Shown: positions 1-8,277 of the stretch, piece after piece | Position numbering within the stretch: the first letter of the stretch is position 1 | Layout of the letters: the number at the start of each line of letters is the position of its first letter | Assembly: GCA_052390235.1 (NCBI GenBank) | Contig: JBQTHB010000006.1 | Span: 32,001 to 96,000 of the forward strand | Source of the DNA: Deltaproteobacteria bacterium | GTDB taxonomy: Bacteria; Desulfobacterota_D; UBA1144; Nemesobacterales; CSP1-2 | DNA: 64,000 nt | Reading direction: 5' to 3' | Notes under the pieces: generated by a model | The model's input: only the letters and a program-made list of their open reading frames with translations | Told to the model about the DNA's origin: nothing | Database searches by the model: none | Translations under genes and position numbers: made by a program

Positions 1-1
1 G

Positions 2-1231
2 GCGCGCCGCCGCAGGAGAGTCCCTTTTATCCGAGACCGCGCCGATGATGACGGAGTCGCCTTCCTTGACCGTACCAGATTTAATTTCGGTGAAATTGCC
101 GTCGGAAAGCCCCGCTTCGACCCGCACTGAAATGGCATCGCCGTCTTTAGACAGTATCCAAATCTCCGCGCCTGCTCCGGCGTGAGATTCCCTAGGAGAG
201 TCCGCTCCGGCGCGCGCATGAGGGCTTTTTTTGTGAGCGGCGGCGGGGCGGAACCTGAAAGCCGCGCTTGGAGCTAAGAGCGCGCCCTTTTGCCGGGCGG
301 CGAGGATTGAAACATTAGCCGTCATTCCGGGCTTGAGCCTCAGCCCCGCATTTTCGACCTCTATTATGACATCGTAGGTAACGACGTTCTGCACGGTTAC
401 AGGAGAGTTTCTAATCTGCGCCACAGTTCCATCGAATTTTATATTCGGGAACGCGTCAACGGTAAAATCCGCCCTCTGCCCGGAGGAGACCCTGCCGATG
501 TCCGCCTCGACGACGCTTGCGCTGACCTGCATTTTTGCCAAATCCTCGGCTATTACAAAGAGCGTTGGGGCTTGAAGGCTCGCCGATACAGTCTGCCCCA
601 CGTCAACGGCGCGGGATATGACGATGCCGTCAACCGGGGAGATAATCCTCGTGTAGCCCAAATCGGACTCGGCTGATTTGAGATTCGCCCTAGCCTGCTC
701 GACCTGCGCGAGGGCGGTTTTATATAACGCCTCCTGCGCATTAACCTGCGCCGAAGCGACGTCGCTGGATGCCTGCGCGCCATCTAACTGGCTCTCAGAG
801 ACAATCCCCCGATGAAATAGGTCTTCGGCGCGCTTGAAATTCCTTGCCGCCTGCGTCAAATCCACGCGCGATTTGCCGAGATTGGCTCTGGCGGCGAGCG
901 ATGCGGCATATTGAGCGGCGAGGTTCGCCCTCCCCGCGTCAACCTTAGCCTGAAACGGCTCAGGGTCAATTTCGGCTACTATGTCGCCTTTTTTCACTGC
1001 GGAGTTGAAGTCGGCAAAGAGGTTTTTTATCCGCCCTGTAACCTGACTGCCGACCTGCACAGTAACCAATGGGTTCAGAACGCCGGAGGCGGTAACGGAC
1101 TCGGCGATATCCCCGCGCGAGACCTTAGCCGTAATATATTCGACTCCCTCTCTGCCGCGGTTCCAATATCCGTAGCCCGCAATGAGCAGGAATGCAGAGA
1201 CGAGCGCGAGATACAGAAGTGGCTTTTTCAT
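2..1231 (-). CDS. Efflux RND/ABC periplasmic adaptor (MacA/HlyD-like), partial, runs off window start
   Basis: Own translation from ATG at 1231: MKKPLLYLALVSAFLLIAGYGYW...VTASGVLNPLVTVQVGSQVTGRIKNLFADFNSAVKKGDIVAEIDP...IISPVDGIVISRAVDVGQTVSASLQAPTLFVIAEDL; absent from the ORF track because no stop lies in the window. Confidence 0.92.
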   Translation of the reverse strand, partial: MKKPLLYLALVSAFLLIAGYGYWNRGREGVEYITAKVSRGDIAESVTASGVLNPLVTVQVGSQVTGRIKNLFADFNSAVKKGDIVAEIDPEPFQAKVDAGRANLAAQYAASLAARANLGKSRVDLTQAARNFKRAEDLFHRGIVSESQLDGAQASSDVASAQVNAQEALYKTALAQVEQARANLKSAESDLGYTRIISPVDGIVISRAVDVGQTVSASLQAPTLFVIAEDLAKMQVSASVVEADIGRVSSGQRADFTVDAFPNIKFDGTVAQIRNSPVTVQNVVTYDVIIEVENAGLRLKPGMTANVSILAARQKGALLAPSAAFRFRPAAAHKKSPHARAGADSPRESHAGAGAEIWILSKDGDAISVRVEAGLSDGNFTEIKSGTVKEGDSVIIGAVSDKRDSPAAAR

Positions 1232-1317
1232 GGAAAGTTCCTTATGAATGAGTTAAACCGCTCAAAGCCGAGGTTGCCGCCGAGCAGTGCGGAGCGCAAG
1301 TCCCCCCCTCGGTACGC

Positions 1318-2052
1318 CTATTCATCGAGGGGGTTTTTCCATTCAAACACCTGAAGCGCGGCTCTGTAATCCGAGAAGTCCTCAAATACATAATCCGGGG
1401 AAAATTTGGATAAATCCTCAACCGAATAAGACCCCGTAGCCACGGCGACGGTTATAGCCCCCGCCGCTTTTCCGTGAGTAATATCCAGAGGGGTGTCCCC
1501 GATGACAAACACGGCGTCGAAGATGTCGTAGCGGTTTAAATGCGCCTTCGCCCTTGCAATGGCAAAGCGTATGAGCCGCTCGCGGTTTTCAGAATCCGAG
1601 CCGAAGCCGCCGAATTTGAAATATTTATCCAGCCCCGCGTGTCTGAGCTTTATCCAAGCCCCTTTCTCAATATTGCCGCTTGCGACGCCCAGGACGAGGT
1701 CTTTTCTCTCGGATGCGGCTTTGAGCAAATCCGGCACCCCGGGGAGGACTTTAAACCTCTTCGATGCCGCAAGCTCCTCGCCGAGGAGAGGCTCGTACTC
1801 GCGAAAGACCCTCTCGGCTTCATGCGGGAGGAAATCCCTTCCAAGCGTGTTACTGAACATCTCCCGCAGGATGATGGGGTCGGTCTTGCCGTCGGCTTTT
1901 ACGCCGTTCATGGCATTGGCAACGCCGAATACCTTCTCAAAAGCGCGGTTTATCGCGTTCGTAGCCGCGCCTCCGGCTAGGAGCATCGTTCCATCAATAT
2001 CGAAGAGCAGGAGTTTCAATTTACGGTCAACGTGGATTTTGGATTGCTTCAC
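1318..2052 (-). CDS. HAD-family hydrolase (phosphoglycolate phosphatase-like)
   Basis: Motif I LFDIDGTML, GGFGSD, motif IV VIGDTPLDI. Confidence 0.88.
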   Translation of the reverse strand: MKQSKIHVDRKLKLLLFDIDGTMLLAGGAATNAINRAFEKVFGVANAMNGVKADGKTDPIILREMFSNTLGRDFLPHEAERVFREYEPLLGEELAASKRFKVLPGVPDLLKAASERKDLVLGVASGNIEKGAWIKLRHAGLDKYFKFGGFGSDSENRERLIRFAIARAKAHLNRYDIFDAVFVIGDTPLDITHGKAAGAITVAVATGSYSVEDLSKFSPDYVFEDFSDYRAALQVFEWKNPLDE

Positions 2053-2141
2053 GGAATTCCCCCTGTCATTTATAGAGCAGTTTAAAGTATAGCCTCTAGC
2101 CGGCGGATTGGTGGGATTTTCCCAAGCGAGCCGCCCCCCAT

Positions 2142-3143
2142 CTAAGGAACGGATTGCGCCGCGGCGTAGAAATCCGTCTCAAGCTCCCAAATCTGCGCCG
2201 CCAGAGAGGAGGCGCCGCAAAGAGCCTGCCTCGACGGGTCGCCCTCGCTTATGCTCTTGAGAACCTGAGCCATCGCCGCCCATTTCGAGGCTATGGCGTC
2301 CATTTTCCTATATAGCCCAAACTCCCGAACCACAGGGGCTATCCCCTCAGCCTCGGCTAGGAAATCCGAATAGAGCCGACGAAACCCGCAGCCGCACACC
2401 CCGCGCCTCGCAATCACCTGATAGCCAAACCGGGCGCACCAGCGCCAATCCTGCGCGCCGAGCCAATTGGGCAGGTCTTCAGCCCATAGTTTTATCATCC
2501 CCACGCCGGACTCCCCCCTTGCGCCCACTCTGCCCTCAATCATTTTGCGCGCGCCCAGGCGTATGGCCTCGGGGATTATTTCACCGAGTGGCTTAATTGG
2601 GGTCTGGGGATTTACCTCGAACCAGTTATTGCGAAGCGGGTTGGACGGCGCCTTAGACGAGCGTCCCCGCTTGAATTTATCGTATGAGACCGCCTGAAGC
2701 CCCTCGAATTGAGTGTCGGCGAGATATGCAATCTGGGCCTCGTCGTCATATCCCCAGACGGAGACTACGTGTCCCGGAAAATTCGTGTTTGATTTATAGT
2801 AATCCAGATAAAAAACATCGGTCTGAATGAGTACGGGAACGCCGCGATTTATGAAGTCCTTTACTATTTCGAGAGCGGCGGCGTCATCGTCTTCATAGTT
2901 CCAGACCGTCGGTTTATCCACGAGGCTGAAGAAGGAGGTTTCCATCTCTGGGCCGCGGAGGAAAATCATCCTAGTCGGGCTAATGTCGGCGCGGCGGGTG
3001 TAGTAGAACCCAAGCCCTGCGCCGAGTCCGAAGCACATAGCCTCCGACATCGGGCATCCGTGATAGGCCATGACGTCCCGAATAGCCGTGGAGCCGCAGT
3101 GAACTCCCGGTGTATGCGCCCAGTTTTTGATGATTTGTCTCAT
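2142..3143 (-). CDS. BtrH N-terminal/DUF4872-like protein (papain-like Cys/His fold)
   Basis: PGVHCGSTAIRD...MSEAMCFGLGAGLGF and FPGHVVSVWGYD; likely start MRQIIKNW at 3143, since the ORF-track extension to 3323 overlaps the next gene. Confidence 0.75.
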   Translation of the reverse strand: MRQIIKNWAHTPGVHCGSTAIRDVMAYHGCPMSEAMCFGLGAGLGFYYTRRADISPTRMIFLRGPEMETSFFSLVDKPTVWNYEDDDAAALEIVKDFINRGVPVLIQTDVFYLDYYKSNTNFPGHVVSVWGYDDEAQIAYLADTQFEGLQAVSYDKFKRGRSSKAPSNPLRNNWFEVNPQTPIKPLGEIIPEAIRLGARKMIEGRVGARGESGVGMIKLWAEDLPNWLGAQDWRWCARFGYQVIARRGVCGCGFRRLYSDFLAEAEGIAPVVREFGLYRKMDAIASKWAAMAQVLKSISEGDPSRQALCGASSLAAQIWELETDFYAAAQSVP

Positions 3144-3273
3144 TGCGCCGATTGATATTTTACCAGACCCTTGGCAATTTTCATCAATTTTACCGCCCCC
3201 TCGGAACGCCGCTGTCTTCCGCCTCCGCCCTGTGATATAATGGCGAAAAATACGATTCGACGGAGAGTGCAAG

Positions 3274-4707
3274 ATGAAAACACCCGATGAATACGTCGAG
3301 AGCCTAAGGAGCCTGCACCCCACGGTCTATATCCGGGGGAATTTAGTCGAGAGCATACCCGACGAGCCGCTGCTTCAGCCCGGAATCAACGCCATAGCCC
3401 TCACCTACGAATACGCGCTAAACCCTGAGCATAGGGAAATTATGACGGCTACCTCCCACGTTACGGGCAGGGAGGTAAACCGCCTGCTTCATATCAACAC
3501 CTGCACCGACGACCTCATCAAAAAACTGGAGATGACCAGGCTCTTATGCCGCAATACCGGGTGCGCCCAGAGGTATCTCACCCATGACGCCCTCAACGCC
3601 CTATACGAAATCACCCATCTGACCGACGAGAGGCTGGGCGGGGAATATCACATCAGGTTTCTCAATTACCTCGAATACGCGCAGAACCAAGACCTCACCG
3701 CCTGCGTCGCCATGACCGATGCCAAAGGGGACCGCACAAAACGCCCGCATGAGCAGAAAGACCCAGATTTATACCTGAGAATCGTCGAGAAAAACGGCGA
3801 CGGCATCGTCGTAAGGGGCGTAAAAGCCATAGTAACCGGCGCGCCCTACACGCACGAAATCATGGTTCTGCCGACGAGGGCAATGAGCGAGAAAGACGCA
3901 GACTACGCCGTCGCGTTCGCCGTGGCGGTTGACGCAGAAGGTGTCGAGATGGTCTCTCGCCAAGCCGGACGCCCCAACGAGGCTGAAGCCGAGCTGACCT
4001 CGCGCTACGGGCAGGCAACGGCGATGATTCTATTCGACGACGTGTTTGTGCCTTGGGAGCGGGTTTTCTTAGCCGGGGAGTGGCAGTTCGCAGGGCTTAT
4101 AACGGAGTCCTTCGCCACTCATCACAGGCTCAGTTGCATCGGCTGCCGCGCCGGATTGGGGGATATGCTCATCGGGGCGTCGTCGCTCATGGCGGAGGCA
4201 AACGGGCTAGACCCAATGCGAGTCGGACACATAAGGGAAAAAATCAGCGAGCTTATAAAATTTACCGAGTCCTTCTATGCCTGCGGCGTGGCCTCTTCGG
4301 TATTCGGCAAAGAGACTGCGGCGGGGAATTTCTCGCCTGAGCCGGTTTATGCCAATATCGGAAAAATGCTCCAGGGGCTTCACATCTACGATATGTTCAA
4401 GCTCACGCACGAGACCGCAGGGGGAATCGTCGTAACCTCGCCCTACCCGGAGGACATGGAAATCCCGAATATTAAAGACAGGCTTTCGAGATACCTCACG
4501 GCAAGAGAGGACGTGCCGGCGGACAAGCGTCTTAGGGTGGCGCGGCTAATAGAGGATATTACGGCGTCGTATCAGGGCGGTTGGTACTCGGTCATAAGCA
4601 TTCACGGGGGCGGCTCGCCCGAAGCCGAGAGGATGGAGATAATGCGCAAATACGACATTGCCGAGAGACGCTCGCTCGTGGAGAAAATCGCAGGGATTAA
4701 GAAGTAG
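3274..4707 (+). CDS. 4-hydroxybutyryl-CoA dehydratase / HpaB-family flavoprotein (atypical AbfD-like)
   Basis: MKTPDEYVESLR, AMTDAKGDRTKRPHEQKDPDLYLRIVE, FDDVFVPWERVFL, HGGGSP; several AbfD catalytic residues differ (see findings). Confidence 0.85.
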   Translation: MKTPDEYVESLRSLHPTVYIRGNLVESIPDEPLLQPGINAIALTYEYALNPEHREIMTATSHVTGREVNRLLHINTCTDDLIKKLEMTRLLCRNTGCAQRYLTHDALNALYEITHLTDERLGGEYHIRFLNYLEYAQNQDLTACVAMTDAKGDRTKRPHEQKDPDLYLRIVEKNGDGIVVRGVKAIVTGAPYTHEIMVLPTRAMSEKDADYAVAFAVAVDAEGVEMVSRQAGRPNEAEAELTSRYGQATAMILFDDVFVPWERVFLAGEWQFAGLITESFATHHRLSCIGCRAGLGDMLIGASSLMAEANGLDPMRVGHIREKISELIKFTESFYACGVASSVFGKETAAGNFSPEPVYANIGKMLQGLHIYDMFKLTHETAGGIVVTSPYPEDMEIPNIKDRLSRYLTAREDVPADKRLRVARLIEDITASYQGGWYSVISIHGGGSPEAERMEIMRKYDIAERRSLVEKIAGIKK

Positions 4708-4815
4708 CCCCGAAAATCAGGCAACCCCTAAAAATTAGCGCAAACTAATGCGATTGAAAACTGCCATATCATCCGCAAGAGACAATACTCGGACAGGCTC
4801 AGCGCAAACTCCGCC

Positions 4816-4950
4816 GGGGAATTTTATTAGGGATTTCTCGTTACGCTCGAAATGACAGCGGGGGTGTATTTACGAACTTTTATCTGTCATCTCAAACGCC
4901 CCAGCCGTGTTATTCAGAACGCAGAGGGGAATTTTATCGGGGATTTCTCG
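4816..4950. repeat. Degenerate REP-like palindromic element(s); 25-bp direct repeat
   Basis: GGGGAATTTTATTAGGGATTTCTCG (4816-4840) and GGGGAATTTTATCGGGGATTTCTCG (4926-4950); GATTTCTCGTTACGCTCGAAATGACA at 4832-4857. Confidence 0.55.
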
Positions 4951-4997
4951 CCGCTGGGCAAGCTCAAGCGGGCGGTTTTCAAAGCCCCCGCATTTTC

Positions 4998-5453
4998 TCA
5001 CCCTCGCCGAGAGAGGACAAATCCGAGGATGAGAAAAACCGCCGCCGCCAGAGGCAGGGGCCAAGGGGTCGAAGCGCCGAAGGAGAATTTAAATTTCAGC
5101 GTGAAATAGAGGGCGGGCAGGAGATTTATCAGCCCCAAAGCGGCAATTAGCCCCCGCGCCCATCCCTCGCCCCTGCGAAGCGGGATGAGGGACAAAACCC
5201 CGACGGCGATGCCGCCTGCGAGCGCGCCGACCCCTACGCCCCTTAGCAGAGCCAGAAACATCTCTTGAAAGCGAGGGGGGATTTCGCCCCACGAGACTGC
5301 TAAAACCTGTTCGTGATAGGGCAGTAGCTTCGGCGCGAGGAGATAAGTAATACCTGCGGCAATCATCGCCGACGCGAGGATTAGATTTGAGGCGAGGGCG
5401 AGTTTCATTTTACGGGGCATGGGGCCGGCTGACGAATTGGGGCTTGAGGGCAT
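4998..5453 (-). CDS. Hypothetical membrane protein (about 4 TM helices)
   Basis: Several hydrophobic segments; start may be downstream (5420 or 5408). Confidence 0.65.
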   Translation of the reverse strand: MPSSPNSSAGPMPRKMKLALASNLILASAMIAAGITYLLAPKLLPYHEQVLAVSWGEIPPRFQEMFLALLRGVGVGALAGGIAVGVLSLIPLRRGEGWARGLIAALGLINLLPALYFTLKFKFSFGASTPWPLPLAAAVFLILGFVLSRRG

Positions 5454-5521
5454 GATTAAACCTCATCCTATGGTTGGAACGTTCACGGCATCGCGCCCCT
5501 GTGAAATCAACTGGATATGGG

Positions 5522-6142
5522 CTAGCCGCCGCTTCCCACGTCAATAATGTCGCCAAAAGCGCAGTCAGGCGGGTCAATGCACGGCTCAAAGCGGCTCTGG
5601 TTGCTGTGATTTGCCGTCATGCCGTAGCGGTGTCCGAGTTCGTGCTTCCAAAGCGGGAGTTGCCCGCACCTGCCGATACCGCCCTCGGCGATGACGATGA
5701 GGTCTGTCGAGGGGTAAAATATTCCGGCGCAGATAGTTCTATCCACGGCGTCGCACCCGAAATTGACCGGCACTACGAATACCCTCAAATCCGAGAGCGC
5801 GGATACATCGCCCGATAGCTCGGAGGAGAAATCATCAAGCCCCACAGCCGCGCTCTGAAATTGACACTGCAAAATATCCGCCGCCATCTCATCGAGAGCG
5901 TCGAGAATTTCCTGAGTCGAGACGTCAACGTCGTCCCTTACGGCGACTTTCATCCCGAACACCGGGCTAACGGAATCGAAATCCTGCAGGTTCGCCTCGG
6001 CTTCGTTGATGTCCGAGTCAACGTCAATTACATTCAAAGCCAAATCCCGCGCTTCATTGCAGTTTACGTTCATGATGGAAAATGCGAGCAATAGCAAGAG
6101 AGATAGATATTTCATTATGCCCAGCGACCTCCTTTGGCTCAA
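5522..6142 (-). CDS. Secreted/lipoprotein hypothetical with zincin-like HExxH motif
   Basis: Signal-like MKYLSLLLLLAFSIMNVNC; WKHELGHRYGMTANH; several Cys. Confidence 0.6.
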   Translation of the reverse strand: MSQRRSLGIMKYLSLLLLLAFSIMNVNCNEARDLALNVIDVDSDINEAEANLQDFDSVSPVFGMKVAVRDDVDVSTQEILDALDEMAADILQCQFQSAAVGLDDFSSELSGDVSALSDLRVFVVPVNFGCDAVDRTICAGIFYPSTDLIVIAEGGIGRCGQLPLWKHELGHRYGMTANHSNQSRFEPCIDPPDCAFGDIIDVGSGG

Positions 6143-6297
6143 ACACTCAAATTACAATAAGAAATATCCTATTATCGGCGAAATATCCAGATAATTTCCC
6201 ACTGGGCAGGCGATATTGCTAGGCGGCATCGAGGGGAAATCGGGGGTAACTCCCCATTTGCCGGGCTATGGAAACGAGAGGGGGATTAAAACGCTAG

Positions 6298-6340
6298 GGG
6301 AGCGGACAGACGGGACTTTGCCCCCTCTCCATCCGCTCCC
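6298..6340 (-). terminator. Hairpin, probable terminator of 6363-7748
   Basis: GGGAGCGGA...TCCGCTCCC inverted repeat just past the stop codon. Confidence 0.45.
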
Positions 6341-6362
6341 AGGAATTTGTGGCTAACTATTT

Positions 6363-7748
6363 CTACGCCTTAGCCCGAATCTTCCCAGGCTCTGCGGCGC
6401 GCACCTTCTTCTTTTCCACCGGTTTCTCGAATGGGTCTTTAATGCCCGGATGAAAGAGCTTGAAGTGATTTTTGTGCATATCCGTGTACGAGCCTTGCGG
6501 GTAGTACTTGTCGTAGAACTCGGTGTCCAGGTGCATTGCCTGGAACACGAGCCTCATGTACATCGGGTCAACGAACGCCGGGAATCTGCCGTAGGTGTCA
6601 TATATGTAGTTGGCAACGTCCTTGACGATTTGAATCGTGTTCGCCGTGGGTCTTGGGGCTTTCATGAGGTGCTTGTCGGGTTCGGTGTAGGGGAATGGCT
6701 TCTCAGGCTTCCAAGCGCTGTCCTTATGCTCGTGGAATACGTCAATTGCCTCGTCCATATTTTTGAAGTACGGCGGGCAGTAGCCCTGCATAATTCCGTC
6801 TTTTCCGACGGGAACGGTTGTAGGAGGGTTTATCGCGCCTTTTTTCGGCTGAATGAACCTAAACCCGAGTCCCTTAAACAGTTGAGGCGCGCCGCCCATT
6901 GCGAATCTCGGAACGAGTCCGCTGAAAGTCCAGCCGGCAAGCCCAAGCGCCTGAAGGGCGAGGCTCATGTTCTGGCAGATGAACGCCTGCTCCACGTTCA
7001 GACCGGTGAGAATTCTCACCTCAAGGTCGAAGAGCGAGAGCTTCATATTCTCTTTGATTCTCCCCTTTTTAATCCACTCGTCCATTCCGGCGGATTTCCC
7101 CGTGAGGTCGTCAATTATCTGGAATCCGTAGGAGTTGCTGCAGTACAGGTGCAGGAGGTTTATGTACTCTTCGGTTACGTCCGTAACGGGAATGAAGGTG
7201 GTTGTTCCGGGCTTATTGGTGTTCCACTGATTGAACTCGAATAGCCCCGGCATTTTATCCGGCAGTTTCGCTCTGCCATCTTCGAGTTTCACCACGCTCT
7301 CTCTGTAGAGTTCAAGCACGCGCTTCATTTTCTCGTCGCGGTTCATTTTGAAGAACATATCGAGTTCGTGCTTCTGCGGGAGCATATGTTTTACGTCAAC
7401 GAAATATAGCCCGCTGTCGTTGGTGAAGAAAAGCTCCGTGCCGTGATTGTTGCAAGCAGAGGGCCAGGTGCGCCCCGTCCACTGGCACAGGAGGTCAATT
7501 CCGTTTTCAGGAGGCAGGTCGGCAAGGCAAAGCCCCGTAAGCCCAGTGCCTGACCACACTAAAAGCGCTTCCTCCATCTCATCGAGCGGTATGGGGGGAG
7601 CGGACGATTTAAATCCCAGAGAACTGTCGCTAAGCTCCATGCCCAAGCCGAAGCGGCGGGAGCGGCGGTTAAAGATGGAATCGAAAAGCGGGTATTTGAG
7701 AGCCGCCTCGTATCCTTTATTTAGAAAAGAATTACCCTTCTTAGCCAT
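6363..7748 (-). CDS. Large nitroreductase-superfamily (SagB/ThcOx-like) FMN oxidoreductase, function unknown
   Basis: RRSRRF, RTWPSACNNHGTELFF, EQAFICQNMSLALQALGL; strong RBS AGGAGG. Confidence 0.6.
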   Translation of the reverse strand: MAKKGNSFLNKGYEAALKYPLFDSIFNRRSRRFGLGMELSDSSLGFKSSAPPIPLDEMEEALLVWSGTGLTGLCLADLPPENGIDLLCQWTGRTWPSACNNHGTELFFTNDSGLYFVDVKHMLPQKHELDMFFKMNRDEKMKRVLELYRESVVKLEDGRAKLPDKMPGLFEFNQWNTNKPGTTTFIPVTDVTEEYINLLHLYCSNSYGFQIIDDLTGKSAGMDEWIKKGRIKENMKLSLFDLEVRILTGLNVEQAFICQNMSLALQALGLAGWTFSGLVPRFAMGGAPQLFKGLGFRFIQPKKGAINPPTTVPVGKDGIMQGYCPPYFKNMDEAIDVFHEHKDSAWKPEKPFPYTEPDKHLMKAPRPTANTIQIVKDVANYIYDTYGRFPAFVDPMYMRLVFQAMHLDTEFYDKYYPQGSYTDMHKNHFKLFHPGIKDPFEKPVEKKKVRAAEPGKIRAKA

Positions 7749-8277
7749 TGATATTCCTCCTGAGAGTAATAGTTAATTTGTAAAACGGATTTTAACAATA
7801 AAGTAACTCTCGGAAAAAATCAACTCCGAAGTTACCAAGCCCGTGCGCATCATAATGCGCGGCGCAGGATGCGAGAGAAAATACAGCGCCGCCCCACGAA
7901 TTGCGCGAATTATTGCCAAGTCAAAGAGTTTCATAAGTAACCTGAGGGGAAGCTAGGGGCGTGAATTTAGCGGCAATCCCAATGTCTCGGTAAGCCCTCA
8001 CTGCCGAGGCGTCATGCCATGAACGGACGCCCGCTCGATAGGGGCATTCTAGCATGAGATAACATAAAAGAGGCTCTGCGCATTTTATCCGGCATTATGA
8101 ACCGCGCGCGTCATGATTCATCACCTTCCAACTTTCATTTCCGAGGATTTTATTTATATTATGTAGCACATTTTTTTGCGCGTCCGAGGATTCCGGCCCA
8201 CTATCCGCTTCATCTGCCGCCCTCTCATCCGAATCTCCCGACGCCAAAACCCAAAGCCACAGAGGAGCAAACCCGCT

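Noticed and set aside
553..1354. ORF-track ORFs 553-783 (-) and 911-1354 (+)
   Set aside because: Alternate-frame or antisense shadows of the MacA-like gene (2-1231, -)
6450..7244. 264-aa plus-strand ORF
   Set aside because: Antisense shadow of 6363-7748; no motifs
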